Source: Eledone cirrhosa (taxonomy: Eukaryota). From it: DNA of 64,000 bases. The position numbers and the translations under genes were made by a program. Every line of letters begins with the position of its first letter. Position 1 is the first letter of the stretch. The stretch spans positions 191,642,001-191,706,000 of the forward strand of contig OZ024740.1 in assembly GCA_964016885.1 (NCBI GenBank). Direction: 5' to 3'. A model generated the notes under the pieces. It ran no database searches. It saw nothing but the letters and a program-made list of their open reading frames with translations, and had not been told where the DNA came from. This document shows, one piece after another, positions 27,733 to 41,923 of this stretch.

Positions 27733-29568
27733 TCAGGATTTGGGCACCATGGCCCATTCGAGAAGAGAATTACTGTTTGCGGAGACATATCCGGGTGTGG
27801 GTGGTTTGACCGGGATTACTTGGAGGAATTTGTCCAAAGACTTCTTGAATTTTGTGTGGTCAGTTTCTGTTTTGACGTGTCCTGGTGTGATGTTGAAGAG
27901 AGCAGGGCCGATTGAGGTGAAATAATTGTGCCGTATTGTTGTTATGAGTTGCGATTTAGATTTTTGTATGGGACGGATAGCACGGGCCCCAAGCCTTGGG
28001 TGTATCTTGAAGGCGATGCCAACATCATTTGGACAGTGATGATGGAACATTTTCCACATCATGCAGATAATAGAACGCTCACGGCGACGTTGGAGTGAGT
28101 AAAGTTTCAGCTTTTCTAGTCGACCCCAGTAGTCAAGGTCTGACATGCCATCTATCTTTTTCGTGATTGCCCTTTGAGGAGCTTCAAGTTTCATGATACT
28201 TTGTTTCGTGTGGGGAGACCACAGTGGACAGCAGTATTCAAGGTGTGGTCGGGCAAAAGTAGAGAAGAGAAGGATAATGGTGTGGGAATCTCTCGACTGG
28301 AAGGTTCTGAGGATCCAGGAACACATTCTGCGGGCCATGTCAACTTTGCTGCTTATATGCGTGGCCCAGCTTATGTTGCTGTCCACGGTTACTCCCAAGT
28401 CTCTGATGTTGTTAGATGCCACGAGAGTTTCCCCGGAGGGAAGGGAGTACGGGAGTTTCAGAGCATCCTCTTTTCCAAAGTGGATCAGTTCGAATTTGTC
28501 TTCGTTCAGTAACATGTTGTTCTTTTCCGCCCATTGGGTAACAGCCAGTAGGTCTGACTGAAGGCTTATCCGGTCATCCACGCCATTGATGACCTTTTGG
28601 AGCTTGGAATCATCAGCGAATATGTTAATGCTGCTGTGTTTCATGATGTCAGTGATGTCATTAATATAGATGATGAAGAGAAGTGGGCCCAACACAGTGC
28701 CTTGTGGGACCCCACTACTGACTTTGGCTGGGCTGGATTTGACTCCTCCAACTACAACATGCTGGGTTCTGTTTGACAGGAAGCTCTTGATCCACTGCAG
28801 CAGCTTTCCAGTGACACCAATATTGGACAGCTTTCTCAGTAAAGGCCTTGCTGAAATCAAGGCCTTGCTGAAATCAAAGGCCTTGCTGAAATCAAGGTAG
28901 ATAACATCAGTGTTGGAACCCTCTCCCAAGGCTCTCAAAATGTCATCAAAGTGATGCAGTAGCTGCGTCAGGCAATCCCTTCCATTACGGAATCCATGCT
29001 GGTTGGAGTTCAGCATATTGTTACTCTCAAGGAAGTGGGATATTCGCGATCTCACCACTCTCTCAAATACCTTAATGATATGAGAGGTGAGTGAGATTGA
29101 ACGGTAATTCACGGCAAGGGATTTGTTTCCTTTTTTGAAAACTGGGACAACAGACTGGGATAGAAGGTTTTCTGGCACATATCCAGCATCCAGTGAGTTC
29201 CGCCACAGATTGGCAAGAGGAGGTGCAAGTTGGTGTTGGCACGCCTTCAAGACACAAGCAGGGAACCTATCGGGACCTACTGCTGAATTATGCTTGATTT
29301 CCTTTATTGCCGCTAAGACATCAGGGGCGCCAAACGTTATGTCCGATAAGGTGTAATGGGGAGTAACATCGCCGATACAGCCCAGATCGGCCATATCAGG
29401 ATTGCTGAAAACAGAGCAGTATTGTTTCTGCAGTAACTCACCCATGGTTTTAGCATTGTCTTGAAGAGTGCCATTTTCATCAATTAGAGGGCCAACAGTA
29501 GAGCCAGTGATTTTGTGTTTTTTTTGCAAATGAAAAGAACACTTTGGGATTGAGCTTGATCTCCTCAA
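27733..29568 (-). pseudogene. CR1-type reverse transcriptase (3' part of ORF2)
   Basis: 611-aa open frame with RT domains 0-7 and RPHLEYCCPLWSPH, LYSLQRRRER. Disconnected from the endonuclease by frameshifts. Confidence 0.9.
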
Positions 29569-30848
29569 TGGCCCAGGCCTCTTCAGCTCTTCTCTGATTG
29601 TTGATGAGAGACATTATGTTGTTTTGGAGGTTATGTTTTTTAATCTCTAGTGATGAAATGGCAGTCAAGTTGATGTGTTGCTGCTGACAGTATTTCAGCT
29701 TGTTGATTGTTTTGTTCGTTCTCTTAATTTTTCTGATGAGCGTTTTTCTATTTCTAGGGATTTTGCTCTTAGATTTGTTTATAGTTCTTAATGGGGTGTG
29801 TTTTGCACATATGTTTGTAACAGTGTCCACAAATGTCTGCCAGGACTTTTTGATGTTAGTGGGTGTATGAGTGTGCGTGAAGGACCAGTCGACATGTGCA
29901 AGATCATGACTGATCGCTTGCCAGTTTGCATTGTGGAAATCCATAGCGTCAAACGGATGGACAGGAGAGATGACATTGGGTTTGTATATTGGACGGTGGA
30001 ATCTCAGATCACAGAGAACCATGTCATGATCAGAGAGTAGAGTTTTCTCCACTGCAATATTGTGGATATTTTCAGTGTGATTGCTGAAAATTTAGTCTAG
30101 GACGTTTTTGTGGCACATCGTTGGTTCGAGCACCAGTTGGGATAGGAAGAAATCATCCATGAAGTCAAGAAGCGATTCCACTGCTTCCCTGTCAGAGGTT
30201 GAGGCAGAAGAACCTGGTGGCAGGCTGTTTGTGGACCAGTCAACTCCGGGGAGGTTGAAGTACCCCATCATTAAGATGTTGTCAGGGTGACACTCTTGGA
30301 TGAAACACTTTATGCTGTTGAGGCATTCCTTGAAGCATGGTACAGGCGTATGGGGTGGCCTATAGAGCCCAACTACTATTAGGTTGTTGGTTTGACTGAA
30401 TACAGTGACTACTTCTATTAGTGAATATGTTCATAGCCTCTGTTGAGAAAGAATTATGGACATAAATGGCAGTCCCGCCCTTTCTTCTGCCAGCGCGATC
30501 AGCACGGATGGCTTTGAAATTTTTCAATTTCACCTAGGCTTCCAAGTGGAGGTTACTGAGATGGGTTTCAGTGAGGACGAAGAAAGGGATGTGGTTTGGA
30601 TGGACATCAATCCAGTCCTCCAGGAATTTGATCTTCCATTTTTAGTATTGGTGGAAGGGCTGATGCCTTGTGCGTTAAGCAAAAATGTAGAGGCGAGAGT
30701 GGATGGTTTTAATTGTTTTGGTGTGTTGTTAATTTGTTTGTTTGTTAATGGCAGCAATGGGAGTTTGTGCAGTGGGGTGATAGTGGAGGGTGGTGCTGGG
30801 TGATAGCTCGAATGTTTTTTTCCAGTTCTTTTGCCAGATTCATTATGG

Positions 30849-31896
30849 CTAAAAAAGAGGAAGAAGTTTCCTGTTTAGAAGACTGTTGGTGACTGTGGTA
30901 GTGGTTATTTTTATGTAGGTCATGGTTTTTGCTTTTGCTTTTATTTTTAATTTTATTTTCATTTGTCCGACGGGTCCCGGGAGATGGGTAAAGGGACAAT
31001 CCCGGTCTAAACACAATCTGTCTCGCAGGGAAAAGCGGCAGATTTGTGGATTCCTTGTTTGAGTTATTGGTGGTTGTGTTGGTGTTAAATTAGAGTATGT
31101 ATTATGGTGGTGGCTGTTTGTGGGGATAGACCGTTTTGTCCTAGGTAAATGGGTGAATTTGCAGCCACTATCCGTACATATTCTATAGCGTAGAGAGTAG
31201 CGGCAAATGATGGGGTTTCGAGTGGGTGGGTATGTGGGTGTGTGTGTTGTGAGAGGTGTAGATGATGGTTTGAGTAGGATTTGACGATCTGTGTGGACTG
31301 TGGGAGGGAGAGTACTTGTACTGGTATTAGAAGGTAAATTCCTTGAGATAGCAGTAGCCAAAGATGTTGTAGTAGTAGTAGTAGGCAGAGAAGAAGATGT
31401 TGGCAGTGGTGATGATTGGACTGCTGGGCCAGAGAAAGGATGTGGCGTTTCCTGCTGTGAGACAGAGGCTACTGGGAGGTCAATAGTTTCATTTAGTAGA
31501 TCGGCCATTGTTGATGAATCAAGGAGTGGTTCACACTGTTGTTGTTGTTGTCGTTGTTGTTGTTGCTGTTGTTGATGTTGTTGTTGCTGTTGTTGTTGTA
31601 GATGTTGTTGTTGTTGCCGTTGTAGCTGCTGTTGTTGTTGTTGCTGCTGCTGGACAGCATCCGAAGAAAAAACACACCGTAGTTTATCCAAATGTTTATT
31701 GATTAATTTAAAAGCAATTTCGATTTGGTTTAATTTATTTTGAATCTGTTGTTCAGATCGGGTTTTCAAAAGTTGAACTGTACGTTTAGCAATGTCGTTC
31801 AGACATGAAGCATCTATGTCTTCTGTTTGGGTAAGGCAATGCCATGTGTTTATTAGAATGTCGATTTCATTATCAGACCAGTTCTGTTTGGATTTT

Positions 31897-31897
<1 letters not shown>
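30849..31897 (-). pseudogene. LINE ORF1: Myb/SANT-like segment, polyQ, two CCCH zinc fingers
   Basis: [14 protein letters not shown]...[13 protein letters not shown], a polyQ tract, then [19 protein letters not shown] and [19 protein letters not shown]. Confidence 0.7.
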
Positions 31898-32379
<482 letters not shown>

Positions 32380-34720
32380 TCAACATTGAATTCAACATTG
32401 CTCTCACTTCGAAAAGACCATAAAACGAACAGTGACCCTCTCACAGGACCACCAACACGGCCAGCCTATGGAGCTAACATTGCTAGTAACTACACACTTT
32501 CCTGATCATACGCTCCATCATTGAAATGTCCCCAGATATATGTGACAGCACGGAGGACCTCCTCAGCAGAATCACCGAGAGTAACCGAACCAGGGACCTA
32601 CAAACTGCATAATAGGTAGTATGGATGTTGTGTACCTGTATCCATTTATTTACGTGGATTTTGCTGTGGAGAAATGCGTAGAAATGTGAGAACAATATCG
32701 AATTCCGTGGTATTGATACCAGTGCTGGGACTCCTACTTAAACTTACCCATAGTAATGATTATCTATATACATATGGCCTTAGCAACTTTTACCCTACAA
32801 GACCAGCAAGAAGCAGACCACCTACCATTACCTCAATGGCCAAGAAAACCCACACAGATAGATGGAACGGTTGGACCAGAGCCATACGGATCCCCGAAAA
32901 CCACGATGAACTAAAGAAAATTATTGCACCTGCGGTGGGGGCCAGCATAAAATTAACCCTTAAGGAACATATGTTCAAATTTAATGGAAAAACATATGCC
33001 CAAGAGTAGGGAGCAGCGATTGGTGTTAGTATTGCAGGTGACATAGCTAACCTATTCATGGTATGGTGGGACAATAGACTTAAACTTAAACTTAAAGAAC
33101 AATTAGAAGACAGCAACCCCTTAACCATGTTAATGTACTCCCGCTACGTTGATGATATAAACATCGTAGTAAAAACACCCTCACTAGAGAACAGTCACGA
33201 ATTAGAGAAAAACACCATGCAAAGCATCCAGCAAATAGCTAACTCCATCCACGAGAGTATTAGAGTTACTATAGACTACCCAAGCAAACACCCCAACCAT
33301 CGATTACCTGTACTAGACACAGAGCTCTGGTTAGATACCATTAATAACAAAAAACAAATCCTCCATTCCCATTATGCCAAACACATGACTTCCAAATATC
33401 TGATCCACCGAAACTCAGCTGTTTCAGACTATACCAAAATCAACATACTGATTGCGGATTTGGTACGGGTGATGAGAAACGTGTCCCGCATGTGCAACCC
33501 CAAAGAACTAGAGAGACACATACAACACTGCATCCACCGTATGCAGTTCTCTGGTTACAATCATAGAGATAAAATCAGTGTATATAGAGGTGCCAGAACA
33601 AAATGGAAAAAATGGTAAATAATGACACAAATGGGACCTGCCCTTTGTACAGGAGCACATTTTGGTATAGAATAGAAAGAACTAGGAATAAGGTCAATAG
33701 CAATAAATACCAGCGTGTAATGTTCATCGATACAACCCCTAGAGGTGAATTAGCTTACACATTTAGAAGGGCCCTAGATAAACATAAACTCAATATTTAG
33801 ATAGTAGAAAGACCAATGTCCTCCCCCCCAAAAACACTTAATAGCAATACATACCCTTTTCAAAGACCTCCCTGTATAGATAATAAATGTATAAGCTGTA
33901 AATTAAGCCCTCATATTAACTTTAAAACTAAAAATGTTGTATATAGCTTAAAATGGACTGAAGGACAATGTATAGATAAGATTATAGTGTACATAGGTGA
34001 GACAGCTCGTAGTATAGGGGAACGGATAAATGAACACTGGCGAGACCTTCAAGATAGTAAAAAATCATCTGTACTCTACCAACATGCTAAAATAGAACAT
34101 AAGAGTAAATTAGTGAACATAGAAATAAAAATAGAATCTACACACATAAAAGACACACTGTTTAGACAAATCACAGAGTCAATAAACATAACTGAACTCC
34201 AACCAAAATTAATTAGAAAACATGAATGGAACAGCAGCATCACAACATACAATTAAGTACAAAACGAAAACACACAGGCACATAGAACAAACAACCAACC
34301 AGTAACATGTAAATAAACAAATAAATGAACAAATATAAACACACACAGACACCCGGATGTAACACATGTGCAAACTAAGCACACAACACATACACACACA
34401 AACAAGATGGCGTAGCACCGAACCAAGGAGAGGCACAACAAAAAAACAAAGAAAAGAACCCCCGGTCACTGAAGAGGTCACGGAATGTGTGACGAAAGTA
34501 CTTTGACAATATATAAACAACCATCTGGTTGTGGAACCAACCATCCATCCGGAAATGTATAAACTCCTAAATTTATAAATTTATTATAGTAAATTGAAGT
34601 GAAAGCAACTGGTACGTGTGTTTCTTATTGGCAACATGACCCTCACAAAGTATAACAATATCGGTTTCAACACACGTTTTCAGATAAAGAATCTTGCTAA
34701 ACAAATTCAGAAACGAAATA
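32380..34720 (+). mobile_element. 5'-truncated PLE (second family): RT, GIY-YIG and 3' pseudo-LTR
   Basis: FKFNGKTYAQE*GAAIG, YSRYVDD, LPVLD, NVVY..YIGETARSIGERINEH. Stops and frameshifts present. Pseudo-LTR at about 34225-34720. Confidence 0.9.
34465..34507 (+). ncRNA. Minimal type I hammerhead ribozyme
   Basis: GTCA-CTGAAGA-g-GTCAC-ggaatgt-GTGAC-GAAA-GTAC-TT-TGAC. Stems I and II are perfect; stem III is the palindrome GTAC. Confidence 0.8.
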
Positions 34721-34754
34721 TATATATATATATTTATATATATATATATATATA

Positions 34755-35061
34755 TATGTAGGAGATGAGTTTTATTGTATCACAATAAAGCAATGCAAAT
34801 ATCGGTTAAGTAGCACTCTACAGTTTGTAGGACTGATTATAAATAATATAAGATCAAAAGATGGTTAAAAGAGTTCCAAGTATGTTATTATGCCCATTTC
34901 AATGTTGATTTAAAACTTCACTATTCACAAGTGTTATTTAAGCTTCATATCATGTATCCCTATATTATCTGATGAAAATGCAGATATCATCCCAGGATGA
35001 TATTTGTTTTTGAAATGCCCATAATAAAATACTTGGAACATTTTTAACCATCTTTTGATCT

Positions 35062-35070
<9 letters not shown>
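34755..35070. mobile_element. Short HHR-bearing element with inverted repeats of about 48 bp
   Basis: 34845-34890 is inverted at 35020-35068. Homologous element at 54245-54767. Confidence 0.7.
34961..35031 (+). ncRNA. Type I hammerhead ribozyme with a long stem II
   Basis: TTAT-CTGATGA-aaatgcagatatcatcc-ca-ggatgatatttgttttt-GAAA-TGCCCA-TA-ATAA. Confidence 0.75.
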
Positions 35071-35098
<28 letters not shown>

Positions 35099-35309
35099 CA
35101 TCATCTTCGTTTAACGTCTATCTTCCACACCAGCATGGGTTTGGAATATGTATATATATATATATATATTAAAATAACATATTAAAGTTTAAGCAAAGGA
35201 TCGCTGCTTTCACCCTTAACGGATCTTCTGAAACTAACAAAGTCAATCTGTAAACGTAGAAATGGATATTTCAAAAAACGTTGCAACCGGAGGAAGACAG
35301 GAAGACGAT

Positions 35310-35625
35310 ACTTTGGTTCGTGGAAACGTTCCCTGGCAAAGAACGGGAAAAACGAATATAATACGTCATTAATAGGAGCGGTGGAAAATAATTACCCCAA
35401 AGACAGAACCATGTTTATGGTATAAAAGAAGTCGTAGACTAATGTTCTCTTAGGTGGTTCATAGAGACATTTCCTGGCGATGAACGGAAAAAAACGAAGA
35501 TAATACGTCAAATGTGGAGCGTGGACATCAATTGCACGCAGAGACAAAACCACGTAAACGGTATAGCTGATGACGTAGACTAAAATTCTAACTAGGAAAC
35601 CGAATGCATCTCCGCTTCAGAGTTA
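35310..35625 (+). repeat. Diverged tandem duplication of about 140 bp; the second unit has an HHR-like core
   Basis: cctggc.a.gaacgg.aaaaacgaa.ataatacgtca at about 35333 and 35473. CTGATGA at 35567 and GAAA at 35596, but stem I is not evident. Confidence 0.5.
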
Positions 35626-36092
35626 AGAATAAAGTAAATAAAATACAATACAGAGGTAATAGAAATTAAATAAATACATACACGCATGCAAATACGTACA
35701 TACACAAGCATACACGAAAACACTTGCCATAGGTATACAAAACCACGCACATATACATATGTGTGTGTGTGTGTGCGTGTATAAAAATAAATAAATAATT
35801 AAACAAACGTATATAAATAAATAAATACGTATATAACAAGCGCACACACATACCTACATGTAAATACACAAATGTTCGGAGACGTAAGTCAACCAAAACA
35901 TGAAGTACACATATACACACACCCTACATGCGTAAGAACCTGCACACTCACACAGACGCAAAACTCCCGTATACACATAACCAAACCATATGTACCAGAA
36001 TATATGAAAAACGATACACCATAACATGTACAATCAAATATACGTACGAGAAAGTACACGTACCTTCACAAAACATACAGGTAATATATACT

Positions 36093-36177
<85 letters not shown>

Positions 36178-36181
36178 TTAC

Positions 36182-36273
<92 letters not shown>

Positions 36274-39200
36274 CATATATATATATGTGTGTGTGTGTTT
36301 GTGCATGTGTGTGAGTATATATATATTTATATGAACACATGATTTACTATCTAATACATTTTTTCCCATCATCAAATGTTTGAATCCCAACACACCTGTC
36401 ATAAACTTATGAGAATTTACTTCTCATCCTTCTTGCATTTTTTCAGTTATCTCACCTACCCTAATCCACCTCCATAGTTTAGAAAGAGCTCTGCTGTCGA
36501 AGCAATAACTGACATCATTCTGAATGATTGTGGTATAAGACACATCCGGTATCTTATGTGAAGGGTTTGGTGAAGACAAGAATCCGAGGAATAAAATACC
36601 TTGCTAAAATGGGCTGAGAGGATCTTTCATGCATGGCACAGCAATGGAAAATGTGCAAAGTACAACCTATAAATTGATTGGTGAAAAGAGGACATCCAGC
36701 CTTAACAAATCTCACAAATAAATCGTTGAGCATCACAGACCTAAACCCTTTGCTGGTTTTAGTGTTACAAAGAAATGCACCAATCAGTTTAATTAAATAG
36801 CAGAAATGCATGTAAGTGAAGTGCAGTTTCTTACCCATCTGAGAGGTCAATAGCTTTCATTAAATAATGATTGATCTGTGATAATACATATAACCCCTGC
36901 TAGAAATTCATTTTCATATATATATCCAGAGAGAGGCGGAAGGGTGTGAAAGAGTGAGAGAGAGAAGGTGTTACTTTTATTTTTCCATGAATGTGTCTCC
37001 AGACTTCTTTCTTATATGTTTTTCCACATGTTCGAACTAATCAGTCATTGTAAAAGATATTGCTGCAAACTTCCCAATGAAAGATTAATTTACTTTTGAA
37101 TCCAACTTATATCTTGACGCACATCTGCATCTCGTTCCTCAACTATACTTTCAGAATCATCCCTTTTATGAAAGATCTTTTCTTCTAACTTAATATTAGA
37201 TTACATTTTGACAGCTGTTTCTTCTCTTAACTATTAGTTGATTTTTGTTTCTCAATGTTTGTATAATATGAGAAAAATCCCTTTTATAATTAACATTTAT
37301 ATTCTCTTTATTATGCAGCAGCTTATTTGTGTAGTCACAGCCATATTGAATTAATATAAAATATGTATCAAAATTTGAGAAAGTTTGAACTGGTTTATTT
37401 TCATTTCTTAATTCTTCTACAGAATGGATAAATTAGATGTTTGTTAAACATTTTGATAAAAAAACACCTGAAACCACTTCTTTTTTTCTTCTTCTTGTGT
37501 AACAACTGTGCAAAATGTGGGGAAATATACATAACATCCACAAAATCAATACCATTATTCTAATATTTCTACTGAAATGTTAAATATTCCTATCTCTTTC
37601 GTACTTTATGCTGTAGCATTAAGATCATTTGGATCAAAGTGTTTATATATTTTGTTTTGTCCCCTATTTTTGTGAATTAGATATATAAATAGTTGATAAT
37701 CTATCTCTCATTCACTGTAGTTTGTGTTGTTGTTCATATCTAAATTTGGGTTGGCCAATCCAATCTGTGAAAAAATGTATTCCCACCAATGACTCCTTCC
37801 TTTTAAAGTCAAACACATTTGATTTAGATTTGGATATGTTTACCTTGTCAAACTGTAGTGCAGAACCTCCCTCATTCTTTGTAGTTTTCATTTTCTTGCT
37901 TTCCTTGTGGTTTTTCTTTTTTTTTTCTATGCATTTTATCCACAAATAAACCTTTTACATGGCTTGTTAATCAGAATGTTGCCAAATTTCCTGAAATCTG
38001 TAGTTATCATTTCATGGAGTTTTCTGTGAAATAGATAAGTATATTAATTCCAAATTAATATTCTTTCTTATCATGTATACATTTGCAGACATAGATACAT
38101 AGTTAAGATATTGGTTTCACTTTCAAGAAGTCCTTGTTTGATTTCACTGCATGATATCTAATGAAAATGCCAGTAATCATTGATATTTTAGCAAAATCTA
38201 ATAGAGTTGAACTATATAGAATCTTGTTGGAAATTATGTAGAAGTAATTTAAAGGATCAGCCTTTTCAAACTCACATTTTATGTTATTTCTTCAAGATGA
38301 TTAAGTTTAATATACCTATGTCAATGACATCATCAGCTATGGTTACTATACAACAATATATATATGTTCTTATTACAATTGTTTTAGAAAGTTGTATATT
38401 CATTGAATATTTTGCAAAATCTTACAGAAAGCATATTTCCTTTTACATCCTATCATTAACTGAATAAAATACATGTATAATGATTTGCCTCACTATTGAC
38501 CTCTAAAAGCATTCACTTCGAAAGAAAACATCAAATTCTTTAGAACAGCATATACAAATTAAGGCATATTTAACAATGTATTTAGTAATAAATAATACAT
38601 TAGGGCTATTTGAATAGATCATTCTAATCAAGACTATCCAATTTAGATGTTTACATAATGTGTCTCTTGGCACATAAATGTAATGTACACATGTTTTTTA
38701 AGATGTAAGAGTATGATTTATGGGAGATATTGTTTTCTATTTCTAAAGGAGTGAACTGCTAAAGGCTTTACGTTGGTTTCATAATTGGAATGGAGTTTCA
38801 TATTTCTTTTATAATTGAATTGGACTTTTATAATTAATTTCCGTCCCTTGTCATGTGCAATAACTATATATTACTGTTTGTCCATAGCATTTAATTTTAG
38901 AATGATTTATGTAATAATACATAAATGAAATAAGAAGAAACACAAGGATATAATACATAATATCAATGTAATGCTAAATAACCTTTACAAGTGTCAAGTT
39001 CGTGAAACATATATATATATAATCCTTGGATTATAACATTTTTTATTTTGCAAATGTTATTCTAATTTCTTAAATAAATTTGTTTTCAAACAAAAGTTTT
39101 GTTATAGCAGCTGAGACCAGTTTGCTGTCATAAATAATAAAACTTAATTGTTCTTATGCATTCCTATAAGAAACATGTAAATTACTGAGTCTAGTAACAT

Positions 39201-40274
39201 ATAAAACAGAAAAAATATCAACTAATTCAGAATATCAACTAATTTCCCAATTATCTGGAGTGGTTGGGTTAAGAAATATAGATTTTATATCAAATATTGT
39301 AACAAATTATATAGTGCTATGCAACTCTAAAACGTTTTAAATATCTATCTGATGGAAACAAAAACATACACACATATGTGCACACACACATATATATAAA
39401 TATATCTTTTCTCTTAATATAACTGTGTAAAATTACCTCCTGTGTTTTGTTTGTTCCATGTATTAACTATACATACACACACACACACACATATATATAT
39501 TTAATACATTAACAGAGAAATCTTTATATATATATACTTACATATATATGCATGTAATCATGTAATGTTTCATCCAATTTTCTACATATGTTTATTATAA
39601 TTTCAGGCCCCATTTTATAAAAGTAATTAGATACTTGAAACAGCAGTATTATTAATATAAAATCAAACTGTTGCTTTCATTTTAATGTAAGTAATGGTAC
39701 TGAATAATTCTTATTAGCTCTAAGGCTAAGGAATTAATTGAAATACTAAAATTACAGCCATTAACATTCATATGAAAGATTTCAATTATACAAAAGGAAA
39801 AAAAGGAACATAAATATATGTGAAAGTTTTGAATGAAAATAATTTAAATGGTTTTCTTAATTGTAGCTTCTGGTGCATCATTTTCCAAACTGTCACCAAA
39901 CATGATTCTTAACAGGTTTTCAGAAATGTTTCAAGAAACCATCTAATTTCATTGATATAAAATTTGTATTTAAAACAAAATAGAATATTTGCTAATTTCA
40001 TAATTCTGAAATTTTCGATGAATAATTATTTAGTTCTAGTTATTTTTTCTCTGACAAAGAATACCTTTTTGTTTTATATATTAGAATGAATAATATCAAT
40101 TTCATGAATTTTATGGTGAAACTGTTATTTCAGTATGTATTTTTTCCAGTTATGAACTAGAATTATATATTATATCTATTATATCAATTACATCTATTCA
40201 TTTCATGATCTAAAATTATATTGATTGAGGTAGAATGAAGATGATACTTTTTAATAATCTCAGATTTTACCTAT

Positions 40275-40655
40275 TCATTTCATTTCATTTTACATCCGCT
40301 TTTCCCTGGTGGCAAGGGTGGGACGGGAACTGATTCTGGCTTGAATTCTACAGCTGGATGCCCTTCCTAACATCAACCTCATTTACAGTGAGTGCTGGTT
40401 GCTTTTTTACTGTGGTGCCTACATGTCCACTTTACAGTGTGGGCTGGGTGCTTTTTTTGCCGTGGCGCATCCACTACCATTTTGTAGTGGAATGATAGGG
40501 ACCCCTGTCCCTATAATCTCATTTCTACAGCTGAGTAAACTGTAGCAATGTGAAATAAAGTGTCTTGCTCAAGGAAACAACACGTCACCCGGTCTGAGAA
40601 TTCAACTCACAACCTTGCAAGGCCAATGCTCTAACCACTAAGTCATGTGCCTCCA
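40275..40655 (-). mobile_element. Full-length tRNA-derived SINE family A
   Basis: 5' tggaggcacatgacttagtggttagagc (A box), gagttgaattct (B box), core ccttgagcaagacactttatttcac, and 3' cagggaaaagcggatgtaaaatg shared with the RTE. Confidence 0.88.
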
Positions 40656-40656
40656 A

Positions 40657-41086
40657 CTATATATATATTATTAAAAATCTGTTAGTGCTTCCTTGTTTGC
40701 TTACTTGTCTGTAATGTAATACAGCCAAAAGGTCACATAATGGGAAAATACTTTGAAAGGAAGTTGCCGCTAAAACAGGAATACAAATGGAATACACAAG
40801 GTTGCGTATATTGAAACACGGGTTCCCCAGTAATGGGGTTTTTCTGCGTACCTTCATAAACAGATAGAGAGAAAGAGATAGTGTTTATGAGAGAGTAGAT
40901 TGAAAGAGAGACATAGAGAGAGGGAAAGAAGACAGAGAAGGAGAATGGAAGAGAGAGAGAGTGGGTGTTGTTGTTGTGTATGAGTGTGTGTAAATATATA
41001 TATATATATATGTGTATATGACCAGTATATATAGATCACAGACACCCATATATATATACACAGACACAGACACATACACACACATG

Positions 41087-41178
<92 letters not shown>

Positions 41179-41351
41179 AACACACACATTTATATATATG
41201 CATACACACACGTACATATATGGGCCTTACTGTTTCTTTTCATATTATATACACGTCTGTGTATATTTTCATTATTCAAAAATTATGGAACACGATTTTT
41301 AAAAATAATATTTTGAAGCGATTGTGACCCAATGGGTCACCGGTAGTCTAG
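40657..41351 (+). mobile_element. Non-autonomous Helitron-like element, copy 1
   Basis: Starts ctatatatatattattaaaa. Ends with the hairpin GTGACCCA-a-TGGGTCAC (41324-41340), 7 nt, then CTAG followed by T. Confidence 0.7.
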
Positions 41352-41594
41352 TATACTATTAAATATTTGAGATTGCTTGTTTGCTTGCTTGCTTCCTAGT
41401 GTGTAATGTAATAGGGCCAAAAGGGTGCATAATGGGAAAACACTTTGAAATGTAGTTGGCCCTGACATGGGAATACAAATAGAATAATACAACTTACGAG
41501 TAAATCGGTGCAAGGTACGGGGTTTTTCGTGGTACCTTCATAAATAGAGAGAAAGAAGGACAGAGAGAAGGAAAATGTAATATATATCTATATA

Positions 41595-41676
<82 letters not shown>

Positions 41677-41843
41677 GAGAGAGAGAGAGGTGGTTGTGTT
41701 GTTGAATGAAATTATAACTGGTGACGTCAAACAAACGAATACAGCATTACTGTATCCTGATAAATAGAAATAGTTTCTAAGTATGTGTGCATGTATGTGT
41801 GTGTGTATGTGACCGGTGTATATAGGTCAGAGACACCTGCATA

Positions 41844-41923
<80 letters not shown>

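Larger units (their letters stand above)
27695..31897 (-). mobile_element. CR1-group LINE (ORF1 plus APE endonuclease-RT ORF2), frameshifted
   Basis: RT motifs VPVFKKG..NYRSISLTS, QHGFR, YLDFSKAFD, GVPQGTVLGPLLF and FADD. APE motifs LTETHL, RKGGTAIY, YRPP and SDH. ORF1 lies upstream; the 5' end is lost in (TA)n. Confidence 0.92.

Noticed and set aside
35195-35235. Minus-strand CAGAAGA-TCC-gttaa-GGGT-GAAA HHR-like motif
   Set aside because: Core U4 is changed and stems I and III are not evident.
40560-40655. tRNA gene
   Set aside because: The A and B boxes belong to a SINE head; there is no cloverleaf.
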